Source: a virus. Taken from it: a stretch of DNA of 64,000 nt. The stretch lies in the IMG/VR virus record IMGVR_UViG_3300033553_000116, positions 32,001 to 96,000 of that record; one strand, given 5' to 3'. The notes below the pieces were generated by a model. That model did no database searches, had not been told where the DNA came from, and was given only the letters and a program-made list of their open reading frames with translations. The position numbers were made by a program, and so were the translations under genes. Each line of letters begins with the position of its first letter. The stretch's first letter is position 1. Below are positions 28,137 to 36,822 of this stretch, piece after piece.

Positions 28137-29357
28137 ATGTCAGATTTTAATCTACTAGCTTCAGCAATAGCGGATCTGTGCAATGATGGTAATGTACCAC
28201 TTGGTGAAATAGTATCAACATCAGATATCTTAACGGCATTACCCACGGATGTGGCGCGTATGTTTGAGACACCAACGGCCCTACGTTTAGCAATGACTAA
28301 GTTTGATACGTTATTAAATGTACATGGCTTTACATTTAGTCGTCCATCTGCACACGTCTGGAAATTTAAAAAGATTGAACCATCCGAATCATCTACAGTA
28401 CCTAATCCAGTTATAGGTATCCAGCAGCAATTAGATCGCATAGAAGAAACATTAGATGCCACCAACCAAACGGCTCAGCATAATCGAGAGACTGCTGATA
28501 CAAACTATTCAGTTCTAGCAACTGGCATTGCCGATATACTTAAAATGGTAAAACATATTAATATTTCCACTGCAAAAAGAGATGACATGGGTAGTCTCGC
28601 AGACCTTGCTCTCGACTTGGATGCTAAAGCCGTAAAGACTAGTGAGTTAGTAATGGACCAACTTAGTAAGGCAGATGCTTGGAAAGCAGAATTGCGCGCT
28701 ATGACAAAACATGCTAATAATGCTGTGGCTGGTATGCAAATAGGGTTAGATAGCCATATAGCAGCAACTGCTAAACATCAAGACTGGTTATATAGCGCCA
28801 CTATACAACATCATGAGAACTATATGGGTGGACTTGGAGTGGTGGAAGGTAATATCAAGCAACACTTTTCTAACTTAGTGGAAGGCATTGGTCGACCACT
28901 ATCTAACCCACTAGCCAGTATGTCTCAGGCTAAATATAAAAGATCCTCACCACATTCAAAAGTAGATATAGTGAAAACTGGTAATATTACTACCTTTCGT
29001 GGTCTGGCACATAGTGGTCGTACAACAGAGATGCTACATTATTTGGTAAACCGACGTATTGGAATTGCCAATCAGATACTTTATATCTCTAATGGTGTAT
29101 CTCCCGATAAAATGTGGAAGGATGTTAATGACACATCTAGGCAGATGGGCTTAGATAACCTACCACATGGTAATGTGAAATGTATTTCTATAAACTATAA
29201 TGTACCCTACGGCAGTGAAGACCTAGCAGATATAATCCGTAGACACTCTAACTACATAGTGTTTTTCGATATCCCTATGTCACCCTACAGTAATCTTTTA
29301 TGGTGGGATGCCAATTTCCATGACCGTGAAGTATATATCACAGAGCCATTTATATAA
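28137..29357 (+). CDS. early protein: coiled-coil plus degenerate RecA-like P-loop domain
   Basis: 406 aa; GLAHSGRTT, ILYIS, IVFFD. Confidence 0.65.
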   Translation: MSDFNLLASAIADLCNDGNVPLGEIVSTSDILTALPTDVARMFETPTALRLAMTKFDTLLNVHGFTFSRPSAHVWKFKKIEPSESSTVPNPVIGIQQQLDRIEETLDATNQTAQHNRETADTNYSVLATGIADILKMVKHINISTAKRDDMGSLADLALDLDAKAVKTSELVMDQLSKADAWKAELRAMTKHANNAVAGMQIGLDSHIAATAKHQDWLYSATIQHHENYMGGLGVVEGNIKQHFSNLVEGIGRPLSNPLASMSQAKYKRSSPHSKVDIVKTGNITTFRGLAHSGRTTEMLHYLVNRRIGIANQILYISNGVSPDKMWKDVNDTSRQMGLDNLPHGNVKCISINYNVPYGSEDLADIIRRHSNYIVFFDIPMSPYSNLLWWDANFHDREVYITEPFI

Positions 29358-29617
29358 ACCATTATTAAGTATTTTTATACTTCTAAACCTATATTGTGTA
29401 GAAAGTTTATTTCTTCTCCTTAAAGTTAAAGTTAAAGCCGTTGGGTTGTCCAAGTCAACCCAACACCTAATTCCCTCCACCCCCTTGTGGAATGATGCAA
29501 TGACCTAAGCATTTAAATGTTGACTTATGTTAACTAAGAGGTAACTCTACATCTACGGATATAGTTTTAAACGCAAGATACCCCAGAACTTCCTTATGAG
29601 TTGTGGGTCACTATCTT

Positions 29618-29678
29618 GAGGGCTGACGCGGAGCGACCGTGTCCGGAAGATATGCCTTGACCAACTTCCACCCATTCA
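29618..29678 (+). ncRNA. unknown structured RNA motif, copy A
   Basis: Shares GGAAGATRTGCCTT and an exact AACTTCCACCCATTCA with copy B; two hairpins; strand inferred from the adjacent tRNAs. Confidence 0.5.
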
Positions 29679-29940
29679 ATGTATTAGTATCTAGCAATGA
29701 TTTACCTCGACGTCTAGGTGCTAGTACATTAATCGGGGGATTGCCCTCCTCGTTATTTCGTTTGCGGACGATTAAGTTGGGCAGTATGAGTTACATGTAC
29801 CCAAATAGGGATAATCACTATGTGTAAACAAATCGTTGGGCGCTTTATTAATGCGTCGGTCCGGGGACTAGATCGCCGGTGAAAGGCTGCACCCATAATG
29901 TTGGTGCTGGGGGAGTTAGCCTACCCCCACCTTATTTTAT

Positions 29941-30015
29941 TCCGAAGTAGCTCAGTGGTAGAGCAGAAGCCTGTTAAGCTTTTGGCCGTTGGTTCGACCC
30001 CAACCTTCGGAGCCA
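29941..30015 (+). tRNA. tRNA-Asn(GTT)
   Basis: TCCGAAG/CTTCGGA acceptor stem, D arm, loop CTGTTAA, GGTTCGA T-loop, encoded CCA. Confidence 0.95.
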
Positions 30016-30022
30016 CACAACG

Positions 30023-30096
30023 TCGGACATAGCTCAGTTGGGAGAGCGGCACCTTTGCGGGTGTGATTGTCGCAGGTTCAATCCCTGCTGTCTGAC
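30023..30096 (+). tRNA. atypical or pseudo tRNA-Ala(TGC)
   Basis: Canonical D and T arms and a G3.U70 pair. The anticodon arm GCACC-TTTGCG-GGTGT has a 6-nt loop; C73; no CCA. Confidence 0.65.
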
Positions 30097-30319
30097 ACTT
30101 CATTTTCACTTATGGTAACAAGGGTTTACTGTCATTTACCTGCATCCGCCCTAAGTGAAAATTATTCTGTATGGACTTCTACGGAAGTTTGACTTACAGC
30201 TAGCTCCTGGAATGAGAATTAACTCATTGTACGTTTACCCCCGGTAGTTAGATAAATCCAAGTGGTTCTAGTTTGGTCTTGCAATCCATTAACACCCCCT
30301 AAGTAAGTGCTGTTCATAA

Positions 30320-30376
30320 GAGGCTGGTGTACCTTACGTACTCCGTGGAAGATGTGCCTTAACTTCCACCCATTCA
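30320..30376 (+). ncRNA. unknown structured RNA motif, copy B
   Basis: See copy A; immediately followed by a terminator. Confidence 0.5.
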
Positions 30377-30378
30377 TT

Positions 30379-30420
30379 AGCCAGTCACATTGCGTGACTG
30401 GCTTATTTATATATTTTTTT
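30379..30420 (+). terminator. intrinsic terminator closing the tRNA/ncRNA cluster
   Basis: AGCCAGTCAC-ATTGC-GTGACTGGCT plus T-rich tail. Confidence 0.8.
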
Positions 30421-30442
30421 ATCTTATTGCTTGGAGTTGACA

Positions 30443-30631
30443 ATGAATAATGTGGTAAATATTACCAGAGCAGCAGATAGACTAGCTGTAAAAAATAGAG
30501 AAGCTTGGGAAAGATTGCAGCCCTTTATTAATATGATTCAAGATGTACGTAAGGGTAACCGAACGGCTAAAGAACAAGAAACAGTCCAGGCTCAAAGAAA
30601 GGGAAAGTTCCTATGGCTAAACAACACATAA
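30443..30631 (+). CDS. small hypothetical protein
   Basis: GGAG SD before ATG 30443. Confidence 0.6.
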   Translation: MNNVVNITRAADRLAVKNREAWERLQPFINMIQDVRKGNRTAKEQETVQAQRKGKFLWLNNT

Positions 30632-30867
30632 CAGGTAAAGAAAAGAAACTCATTAATCTGTTCATTTCTACTGCTAGAGACTATGAGGTAAATAATAAAA
30701 AGAGATATCTAGATATTCCTCTAAGTCCTACCGATGGTAATCTTAGTGATAATGCTAGACATAGACTATTTAAATTAGTTAAAGCTCATGGACTCAATTA
30801 TAGGTATATGGCAACCACGGCACGTAACGTTAGATATAGACGTATTATAGTAGGGCCGTACGTTTAA
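30613..30867 (+). CDS. small basic hypothetical protein
   Basis: 84 aa, overlapping operon arrangement. Confidence 0.65.
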   Translation: MAKQHITGKEKKLINLFISTARDYEVNNKKRYLDIPLSPTDGNLSDNARHRLFKLVKAHGLNYRYMATTARNVRYRRIIVGPYV

Positions 30868-30932
30868 CTATAGGGTATACGGCAAACATCTTATAGTCTA
30901 TGCAATTAACCAATTAAATTAATGGAAGTGAT

Positions 30933-31664
30933 ATGAGTTCTAAATTGACATTAAAGAAATATACTATCGACCCTATAGCCCAAGAAGAAGTTGCTTCTTT
31001 AGAGGATATGGAGAATGCTAGATGTACTACCCAGCATTCCTTGTTTGTTACAGAAGTGGAAGGTGTTCAACACTTCAAACTACATCTAGAGGACATCATG
31101 CCTGAGAAAGCGGCATTCCATGTGATACTTAATAGATTATCTCAAGCACAACAGGGTGATACGTTGGAATTACGTATACATAGCAATGGCGGCAGTACTG
31201 ATATTGGTCAGATTATTATTAACATGATTAATAATGTATTTCCTGGTCGAGCTACTGCAGTCTTGGATAACATGGGTAAATCAATGGGTGCTATTATTTT
31301 CTGTAATTGTCCTAAACGTATTGTGAATGTAAATTCAGACATCATGTTCCATTGGTATAGTGTAGGAGTTAGTGGTAAAGGAAATGAAGTCACTAGTAGC
31401 ATTGATCGAGCAAACGAAGCACTTAGGGATTTATACCAACGTTCAATGGTTGATACGGGTTTTCTAACACAGGAAGAAGTCGATAGATTGTACGATGGTA
31501 AGGATTACCCATTCGGCACAGTAGAGATGTGTCAACGTGGCATTGCTACACATGTACTAGTCAGAGGTATTGAAATCCCTGCAGTACAATACTTAGGATA
31601 CAAGTCTGAATCATTAACAGATGATGACATGGTTATATCCTATCACAGTGAAAGAAATATTTAA
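30933..31664 (+). CDS. ClpP/crotonase-like serine protease
   Basis: LRIHSNGG, GKSMGAIIF (catalytic Ser), IMFH (His), GKDY (Asp). Confidence 0.85.
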   Translation: MSSKLTLKKYTIDPIAQEEVASLEDMENARCTTQHSLFVTEVEGVQHFKLHLEDIMPEKAAFHVILNRLSQAQQGDTLELRIHSNGGSTDIGQIIINMINNVFPGRATAVLDNMGKSMGAIIFCNCPKRIVNVNSDIMFHWYSVGVSGKGNEVTSSIDRANEALRDLYQRSMVDTGFLTQEEVDRLYDGKDYPFGTVEMCQRGIATHVLVRGIEIPAVQYLGYKSESLTDDDMVISYHSERNI

Positions 31665-31751
31665 AACTCTTCTTTATTAGGCGTCCTAACGGTCGTCTAA
31701 TTATTGACATAAACTAAAAAAAAAGGAAGAGTGTATAGAAAAGGAAAATTT

Positions 31752-32249
31752 ATGACAAATTCAAGTCAAGCAGTAACACCTGTTACGTATAAAGGACTTG
31801 TCAGTGAGGGATACTTTATTACCTTAGCTGAGCTACGTGAGAAGTTAAACTTCTCCAATGGTACAGACTTTCAAGAAGCAGTAACATGGATTCATGTCGA
31901 ACAAGATATGAGACAGTTATTTATACCTGAACAAGTCCTCTGTACGAATGTTAGTTGGAAATCGCTTTCCCAGTTTGATAATACAATAATTGAAATAGGC
32001 GAATTAAGATATATTGTACGCATGCTTGATAACAACGAGTGGGATAATATATTAGGATACCTGATTGATAAGGGTGAACTTACGGAAGATCAGTTATCTG
32101 TTAAGTTTATGAATGGTCAGGGTTCAGGTACATGGGTTCTAGATGGGACTATCCGTGGATACAATGGTATCAGTGGTGAGGTTGAAGTAGATCCATTAAC
32201 AAGTACTAAGAACTATGGCTGGCGTCCAGTTTTAGAATTGATTAAATAA
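31752..32249 (+). CDS. phiKZ-like conserved protein (GWRPVLEL family, possibly virion-associated)
   Basis: YKGLV, VSW..L, NEWD and YGWRPVLEL motifs; AAGGA SD favours ATG 31752. Confidence 0.6.
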   Translation: MTNSSQAVTPVTYKGLVSEGYFITLAELREKLNFSNGTDFQEAVTWIHVEQDMRQLFIPEQVLCTNVSWKSLSQFDNTIIEIGELRYIVRMLDNNEWDNILGYLIDKGELTEDQLSVKFMNGQGSGTWVLDGTIRGYNGISGEVEVDPLTSTKNYGWRPVLELIK

Positions 32250-32267
32250 AAAAAAAAAGGAAGAAAG

Positions 32268-32648
32268 ATGAGTGCAGTAGTAATTACCCCAAAAGCATTA
32301 ACAGCAGCGGCACAACTAGCCACTGGCGAAATGGCATCATCACAAATCGAAGCACTGCAAAAAGTTTCGTTAATTGGTGTTATCAATACAAAGCTTAATG
32401 AATTTAAAGATTCTCTTAAAACATTACCAGAATCCCTCTACGATGTACAGACTATTAATTTAAAAGCGCATGTTTGGAATAGTGCCATTCATCCTGATAC
32501 AGCGCAATATAGACCAGAGTCCATTATAATCCCACAATCTGCCACAGATATGGCCATTGGATTATTAACTGACATGGGATATAATGCAGCCTCTACTACC
32601 GATGGACTATCCTTTAATGTTATTGATCCAGCAGCTGCACCGGCTTAA
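32268..32648 (+). CDS. hypothetical protein
   Basis: 126 aa, GGAAG SD. Confidence 0.7.
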   Translation: MSAVVITPKALTAAAQLATGEMASSQIEALQKVSLIGVINTKLNEFKDSLKTLPESLYDVQTINLKAHVWNSAIHPDTAQYRPESIIIPQSATDMAIGLLTDMGYNAASTTDGLSFNVIDPAAAPA

Positions 32649-32657
32649 GGTTAATCC

Positions 32658-33608
32658 ATGACTAAATTTAAAGCCAAAGAGTGTGAAGAATATCCGGAGT
32701 TCTATGAGATCCCTGGGTATAGTAAACATGGCGCTAGTAAAGAGGGCGAGATACTTACTAAGAAAACTGGCAATGCTACTCTAGGTGGATTAGCTGGAAG
32801 ATATAGAAAGGTTAGCGTTTATGCCAACGATGACTCCGATGCTACCTTGCGCTATGTGCACGACTTAGTTTGCAGAGCCTTTAACGGTAAACCAAAGAAG
32901 GACCAAGTTGTGTTACACAAAGATAGTGATAGAGAGAATTGTAAAGCAGTCAATCTTAAATGGGGAGATCAGTCAGAGAACATCCAACAGATGTGGGATG
33001 AGGGACAACGTGTAAGTACTGAAGAATATAAAGGCAAGTTTGTAACCGGTAAAGATATACCACCACTATACCACATTATGTTTCCTAAGGATAAAGCTGG
33101 TACCTGGTTCCCTAAAGTTCCGGATGGTAGTGAGTTCAATGCAGAAACTAAATATACTGATGGTGACTTACCTCGTATTTCATTCTGTCCCACTATTCAA
33201 CAATGCGCACTGACTATATGGCCAATGATTGAACATATGCTTGCCAATCCAAAGGTTGGACTATTAACCTTTCAAGTATATATGCCAGAGATTTCTTCAA
33301 GCACTCAGTTTATCTCACCTAAGGAACTAACAAAAGATCACTTAGTCTGGGATGCACATGTAACTGAAGAGTGGATTACATTAGAGCCACTAGAAGTTAG
33401 GCATGTTGGATCAGTTCATATCTTTCAACCTAGTAAGAAAGACCTTGAACCTAACATGATACATCCATATGACGATAAGAAAGAACCAGTGGCACCTGCT
33501 GGACCTAAGAAGATTTCTTTTAAGTGGATTGTTAGGGAAGAAAAGGGAATTGAATCGTTTCGTGAAGAAGTCATTGAACTACAATTACCCGCATCTGCTA
33601 AATGGTAA
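32658..33608 (+). CDS. NUMOD4-HNH endonuclease fused to an ADP-ribosyltransferase-like domain
   Basis: EIPGYSK...VHDLV..AF.G....VLHKDSDREN....NL.W....N; C-terminal LYH...PRISFCPT...DA..TEEW. Confidence 0.7.
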   Translation: MTKFKAKECEEYPEFYEIPGYSKHGASKEGEILTKKTGNATLGGLAGRYRKVSVYANDDSDATLRYVHDLVCRAFNGKPKKDQVVLHKDSDRENCKAVNLKWGDQSENIQQMWDEGQRVSTEEYKGKFVTGKDIPPLYHIMFPKDKAGTWFPKVPDGSEFNAETKYTDGDLPRISFCPTIQQCALTIWPMIEHMLANPKVGLLTFQVYMPEISSSTQFISPKELTKDHLVWDAHVTEEWITLEPLEVRHVGSVHIFQPSKKDLEPNMIHPYDDKKEPVAPAGPKKISFKWIVREEKGIESFREEVIELQLPASAKW

Positions 33609-33627
33609 AAGGAGATTAACATGAGAG

Positions 33628-34203
33628 ATGGTTGGGAAGATTATTAATATATTAGAAGGTGTGTTGTACTATACTGGTATTGGAGCGAGAGCTACTCCTC
33701 AGTGGGCTTTAACTATGATGACTGAAATCGCTAGGCAACTTAGCTTGGAAGGTCACGTACTAAGGTCAGGGGGCGCACCTGGTGCAGACAGTGCCTTTGA
33801 GTATGGTCATGCTGGGAATATGGAAATCTTTTTACCATGGGATGGTTTCGAAAAGAAATACATTGGTGAAAATCCAGATATCTATATAGTTCCAGAGAAG
33901 GCTGTGCCTAGAGTAGTTTATAATAGAGCGTGGGAAATGGCTAGAGATATACACCCTAACTGGAGTGCTGTATCTCAAGGTGTTTCTAAGATGCATGTTA
34001 GAAATGTATTTCAGATATTAGGTTATGATTTGGATACACCGTCTACGGTAGTAGTCTTTTGGGCACCTGAGCGTAATGGGGTTGTAGCTGGTGGTACAGC
34101 TACTGCTATTCATTTGGCTAGAGCACATGGCATACCTACATTTAATTTGAACAATCCTGAACAACTGGATATTGTTAGAAGACGATTTGGAATTGCTGCG
34201 TAA
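33628..34203 (+). CDS. SLOG/DprA-like nucleotide-binding protein
   Basis: YTGIGARATP, LRSGGAPGADSAFE, RNVFQILG, GGTATAI. Confidence 0.85.
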   Translation: MVGKIINILEGVLYYTGIGARATPQWALTMMTEIARQLSLEGHVLRSGGAPGADSAFEYGHAGNMEIFLPWDGFEKKYIGENPDIYIVPEKAVPRVVYNRAWEMARDIHPNWSAVSQGVSKMHVRNVFQILGYDLDTPSTVVVFWAPERNGVVAGGTATAIHLARAHGIPTFNLNNPEQLDIVRRRFGIAA

Positions 34204-34254
34204 CATAAATGAGAGAGTCCTTGCGGACTCTCTCTTATGCTATTTTTTTTTTAT
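34203..34254. terminator. bidirectional terminator
   Basis: GAGAGAGTCC-TTGC-GGACTCTCTC plus T run. Confidence 0.85.
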
Positions 34255-34255
34255 C

Positions 34256-36028
34256 TTAGAACAACAAAGCAATACTAAATGCTTCGAAAGAACTTACGTT
34301 AGTAATGATTACTGTGTTAGCATCTAATACTTGCATATTGCGAGTTGAACTAGGACTGAATGCAGTCATCGGTACTGAGTCTTTATTAATACCAGACCAG
34401 CTAGACGGAATCTTACCCAAACCGTGTGTGATTTTGATAGAGGAATCAGAATACTCTTTAATAATTGTTACACCAGCTGGAGCAGCGAAAGCCAAAGTTG
34501 TAAATGAAGTAACATCAACAGTTACTCTAACTACTTCAGATAGAATTTCCATATCTCCAGAACCTAAGATTGGAGTACCGTTAATTGTTTTAACATTGGT
34601 ACCACTAATCAAGGTTGCTTGCTTACTAGCTAATGCTGCTACAAGTCCAGAGATATAATCAATTGTTTCAGAGACAGGCTTAGAATAAACAGTATCTGTA
34701 AACACTGCACCAGCGGGAACATTAGATAGAACAGTCTTAGAGTTAACTGTAGCTGCGTTAACACCTAAGGCATCAATCTCAGCTTTAGTCTGGTCACCAG
34801 TAGCGCCAGCTTCAATACCACCTAACTTAGACTTCTCAACAGTAGTGTAGTCATTAGTTGATAATGCTTTACCAGCTACAACATCCACTTTGCCTGAAAG
34901 TGCTGCAGTTAATCCAGCGATACTATTGATACTTAATGAAGATAAAGTATTTGCATTAATTTTAATGAAGTCAACAACTTCTTGTAATGTATCAAGTGTA
35001 GTATCACCTGAAGTTAAAACTGATTGAAGTAATTGAACATCAGTAATGATATCAGCAATGTCAGGTGCTTCTAATTTAGCAGCTAGTTCTAAAGTCAAGT
35101 TTGAAATATATGAGATAGGTTCAGCTGTAGGTTTAGTGTAAATTGTATCAGTGAACAATGCATTAATCGGTACATTAATGTCAACAGTCTTTCCGTTAAC
35201 AGTATCAGCATCTACACCAAGTGCATCTATATCTAATTTAGTTTGGTCTGCAGTAGCACCCGCTTCGATGGCTGTTAGTTTAGACTTCTCTGCAGTTGTA
35301 TAATCGTTAGCTGATAAACCTTTACCTACGATTATGTCTACCTTACCAGATAAAGCAGCAGCCAAACCGGCGATGTTAGCAATGCCCATTGTATCTAAAG
35401 TAGTTCTATTAACTTTAATAAAGTCAACTAACTCTTGTAGATCATTAAGTGCAACATCATTAGTTGTTAGTACTAAGTTAATGTTATCAACAGTACTTTG
35501 TACTGCGGCAAGATCACTGGTTGTAATAGCGTCAGCAAGGAGAGCTGTCAATCCTGTAATTTTGTCAACTGCAATAGTAGGGATCTGTGCAGGGGCAAAA
35601 AGGCCCTGAGTGATAACGCTAGCATTATCGCCACCAAATCCACGATCGGCATTAAACAGCTGTGCAATCTGACCAATCTCAGAGGCAATTAGTACAGCAT
35701 TCCAGTGCGGAGTTACTACACCGTTAACCGGCGTTACCACAGCACCACGACTTACATTACCAAGTTCTGGAGCTACATCGGCTGAAGGGGTCTTAGTGTG
35801 TTTAAGTGATGTTAAAAACGTATTGCCAGTAGCAATTACTACTGCCGTTACTTCCCAAATATTACCACTTGGACTGAAAACAAAATCACCGACTTCGATA
35901 GGGTTAGCAGTTGAGTTCTCACCCACTTTATATTTAACGGTTACTTTAATGCCATCCCACGCAAGTGTGGTGTTATTAAAGACTTGATTACCATCAAATG
36001 GTAAAATACTTATTCCTGAATTAATCAT
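34256..36028 (-). CDS. tail/head fibre protein with an internal 151-aa duplication
   Basis: LDTLQEV and KVD...GK.LS.NDYTT.EK.KL..IEAGA fibre motifs, each present twice. Confidence 0.8.
   Translation of the reverse strand: MINSGISILPFDGNQVFNNTTLAWDGIKVTVKYKVGENSTANPIEVGDFVFSPSGNIWEVTAVVIATGNTFLTSLKHTKTPSADVAPELGNVSRGAVVTPVNGVVTPHWNAVLIASEIGQIAQLFNADRGFGGDNASVITQGLFAPAQIPTIAVDKITGLTALLADAITTSDLAAVQSTVDNINLVLTTNDVALNDLQELVDFIKVNRTTLDTMGIANIAGLAAALSGKVDIIVGKGLSANDYTTAEKSKLTAIEAGATADQTKLDIDALGVDADTVNGKTVDINVPINALFTDTIYTKPTAEPISYISNLTLELAAKLEAPDIADIITDVQLLQSVLTSGDTTLDTLQEVVDFIKINANTLSSLSINSIAGLTAALSGKVDVVAGKALSTNDYTTVEKSKLGGIEAGATGDQTKAEIDALGVNAATVNSKTVLSNVPAGAVFTDTVYSKPVSETIDYISGLVAALASKQATLISGTNVKTINGTPILGSGDMEILSEVVRVTVDVTSFTTLAFAAPAGVTIIKEYSDSSIKITHGLGKIPSSWSGINKDSVPMTAFSPSSTRNMQVLDANTVIITNVSSFEAFSIALLF
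34620..35505 (-). repeat. two diverged ~453-nt coding repeats
   Basis: The QELVDFIK and QEVVDFIK codons are 453 nt apart. Confidence 0.85.
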
Positions 36029-36073
36029 ACAACTTCCTTTATTTATTAAACCTAAGTCATTATTTGTTTTATG

Positions 36074-36084
36074 TACATAAAATC
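36074..36084 (-). promoter_or_regulatory. putative late promoter (TATG)
   Basis: GATTTTATGTA on the minus strand. Confidence 0.5.
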
Positions 36085-36159
36085 AGTTTCAATATGAGTA
36101 AAATCATAGAGCCTATGGATAAACTATGTAGAAAAAATTAACCACATAAAGGGATAAAC

Positions 36160-36822
36160 ATGTTTATTGTAATTGAGGGAACAGATGGTTCGGGGAAAAC
36201 TACTATAGCTAAACGATTAGTAGCAGAGTTTGAAAAGGGTAATGAAAAGGTAGTACACACTAGGGAGTTAGGTGGCTGCGGATTAAGTGAGAAGATTCGT
36301 AGATTGGTAATTGAAAATAGGGACAATGACTGTAATACTGATTTAATGTTAGCATTTGCAGCGAGAAACGAACATGTAACGAAAGTTATCCTACCTCACT
36401 TACTGGCTGACCACGTAGTAATATCTGAAAGATTTGCTGATAGCACATTCGCATATCAAGTTAGAGGCTCTGGAGCGGATGAAGATTTATTCCATCATCT
36501 AGAAGCACAGATTAGTAAAATACTACCACCGCCTCTTACTATCTATTTATCCATTGATCCTAAGTTGGCACATGAGCGCATGAGTCTTAGGAATGTTGAA
36601 CTAGATAAGTTCGAAGAGAATGATGAGCTGCTTGAAGATATAGACGATGCTTACAATGAACGTATCTACGCTGACCGTGAAAGGTTCATAATCATCGATG
36701 CAAGTCAGACAATTGAGGAAATGATGGCTCAAATAATTCCTGCAGTTTCAGCCAGACGAGATGCATGTACATATGGTGCTTTTTGTAAAGAAGAAGCAAA
36801 AAAATACAATATAATAGGTTAG
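36160..36822 (+). CDS. tmk: thymidylate kinase
   Basis: FIVIEGTDGSGKTT, TRE.GG, AAR, VISERFADST.AYQ. Confidence 0.95.
   Translation: MFIVIEGTDGSGKTTIAKRLVAEFEKGNEKVVHTRELGGCGLSEKIRRLVIENRDNDCNTDLMLAFAARNEHVTKVILPHLLADHVVISERFADSTFAYQVRGSGADEDLFHHLEAQISKILPPPLTIYLSIDPKLAHERMSLRNVELDKFEENDELLEDIDDAYNERIYADRERFIIIDASQTIEEMMAQIIPAVSARRDACTYGAFCKEEAKKYNIIG

Noticed and set aside
29618-29678. Hammerhead ribozyme or tmRNA 5' end (GGGCTGACG...)
   Set aside because: No CUGANGA plus GAAA core, and no matching T-arm/CCA end or tag reading frame.
29298-30443. Short ORFs of 60-74 aa in the tRNA region
   Set aside because: No SD, atypical composition, and they overlap tRNAs and hairpins.
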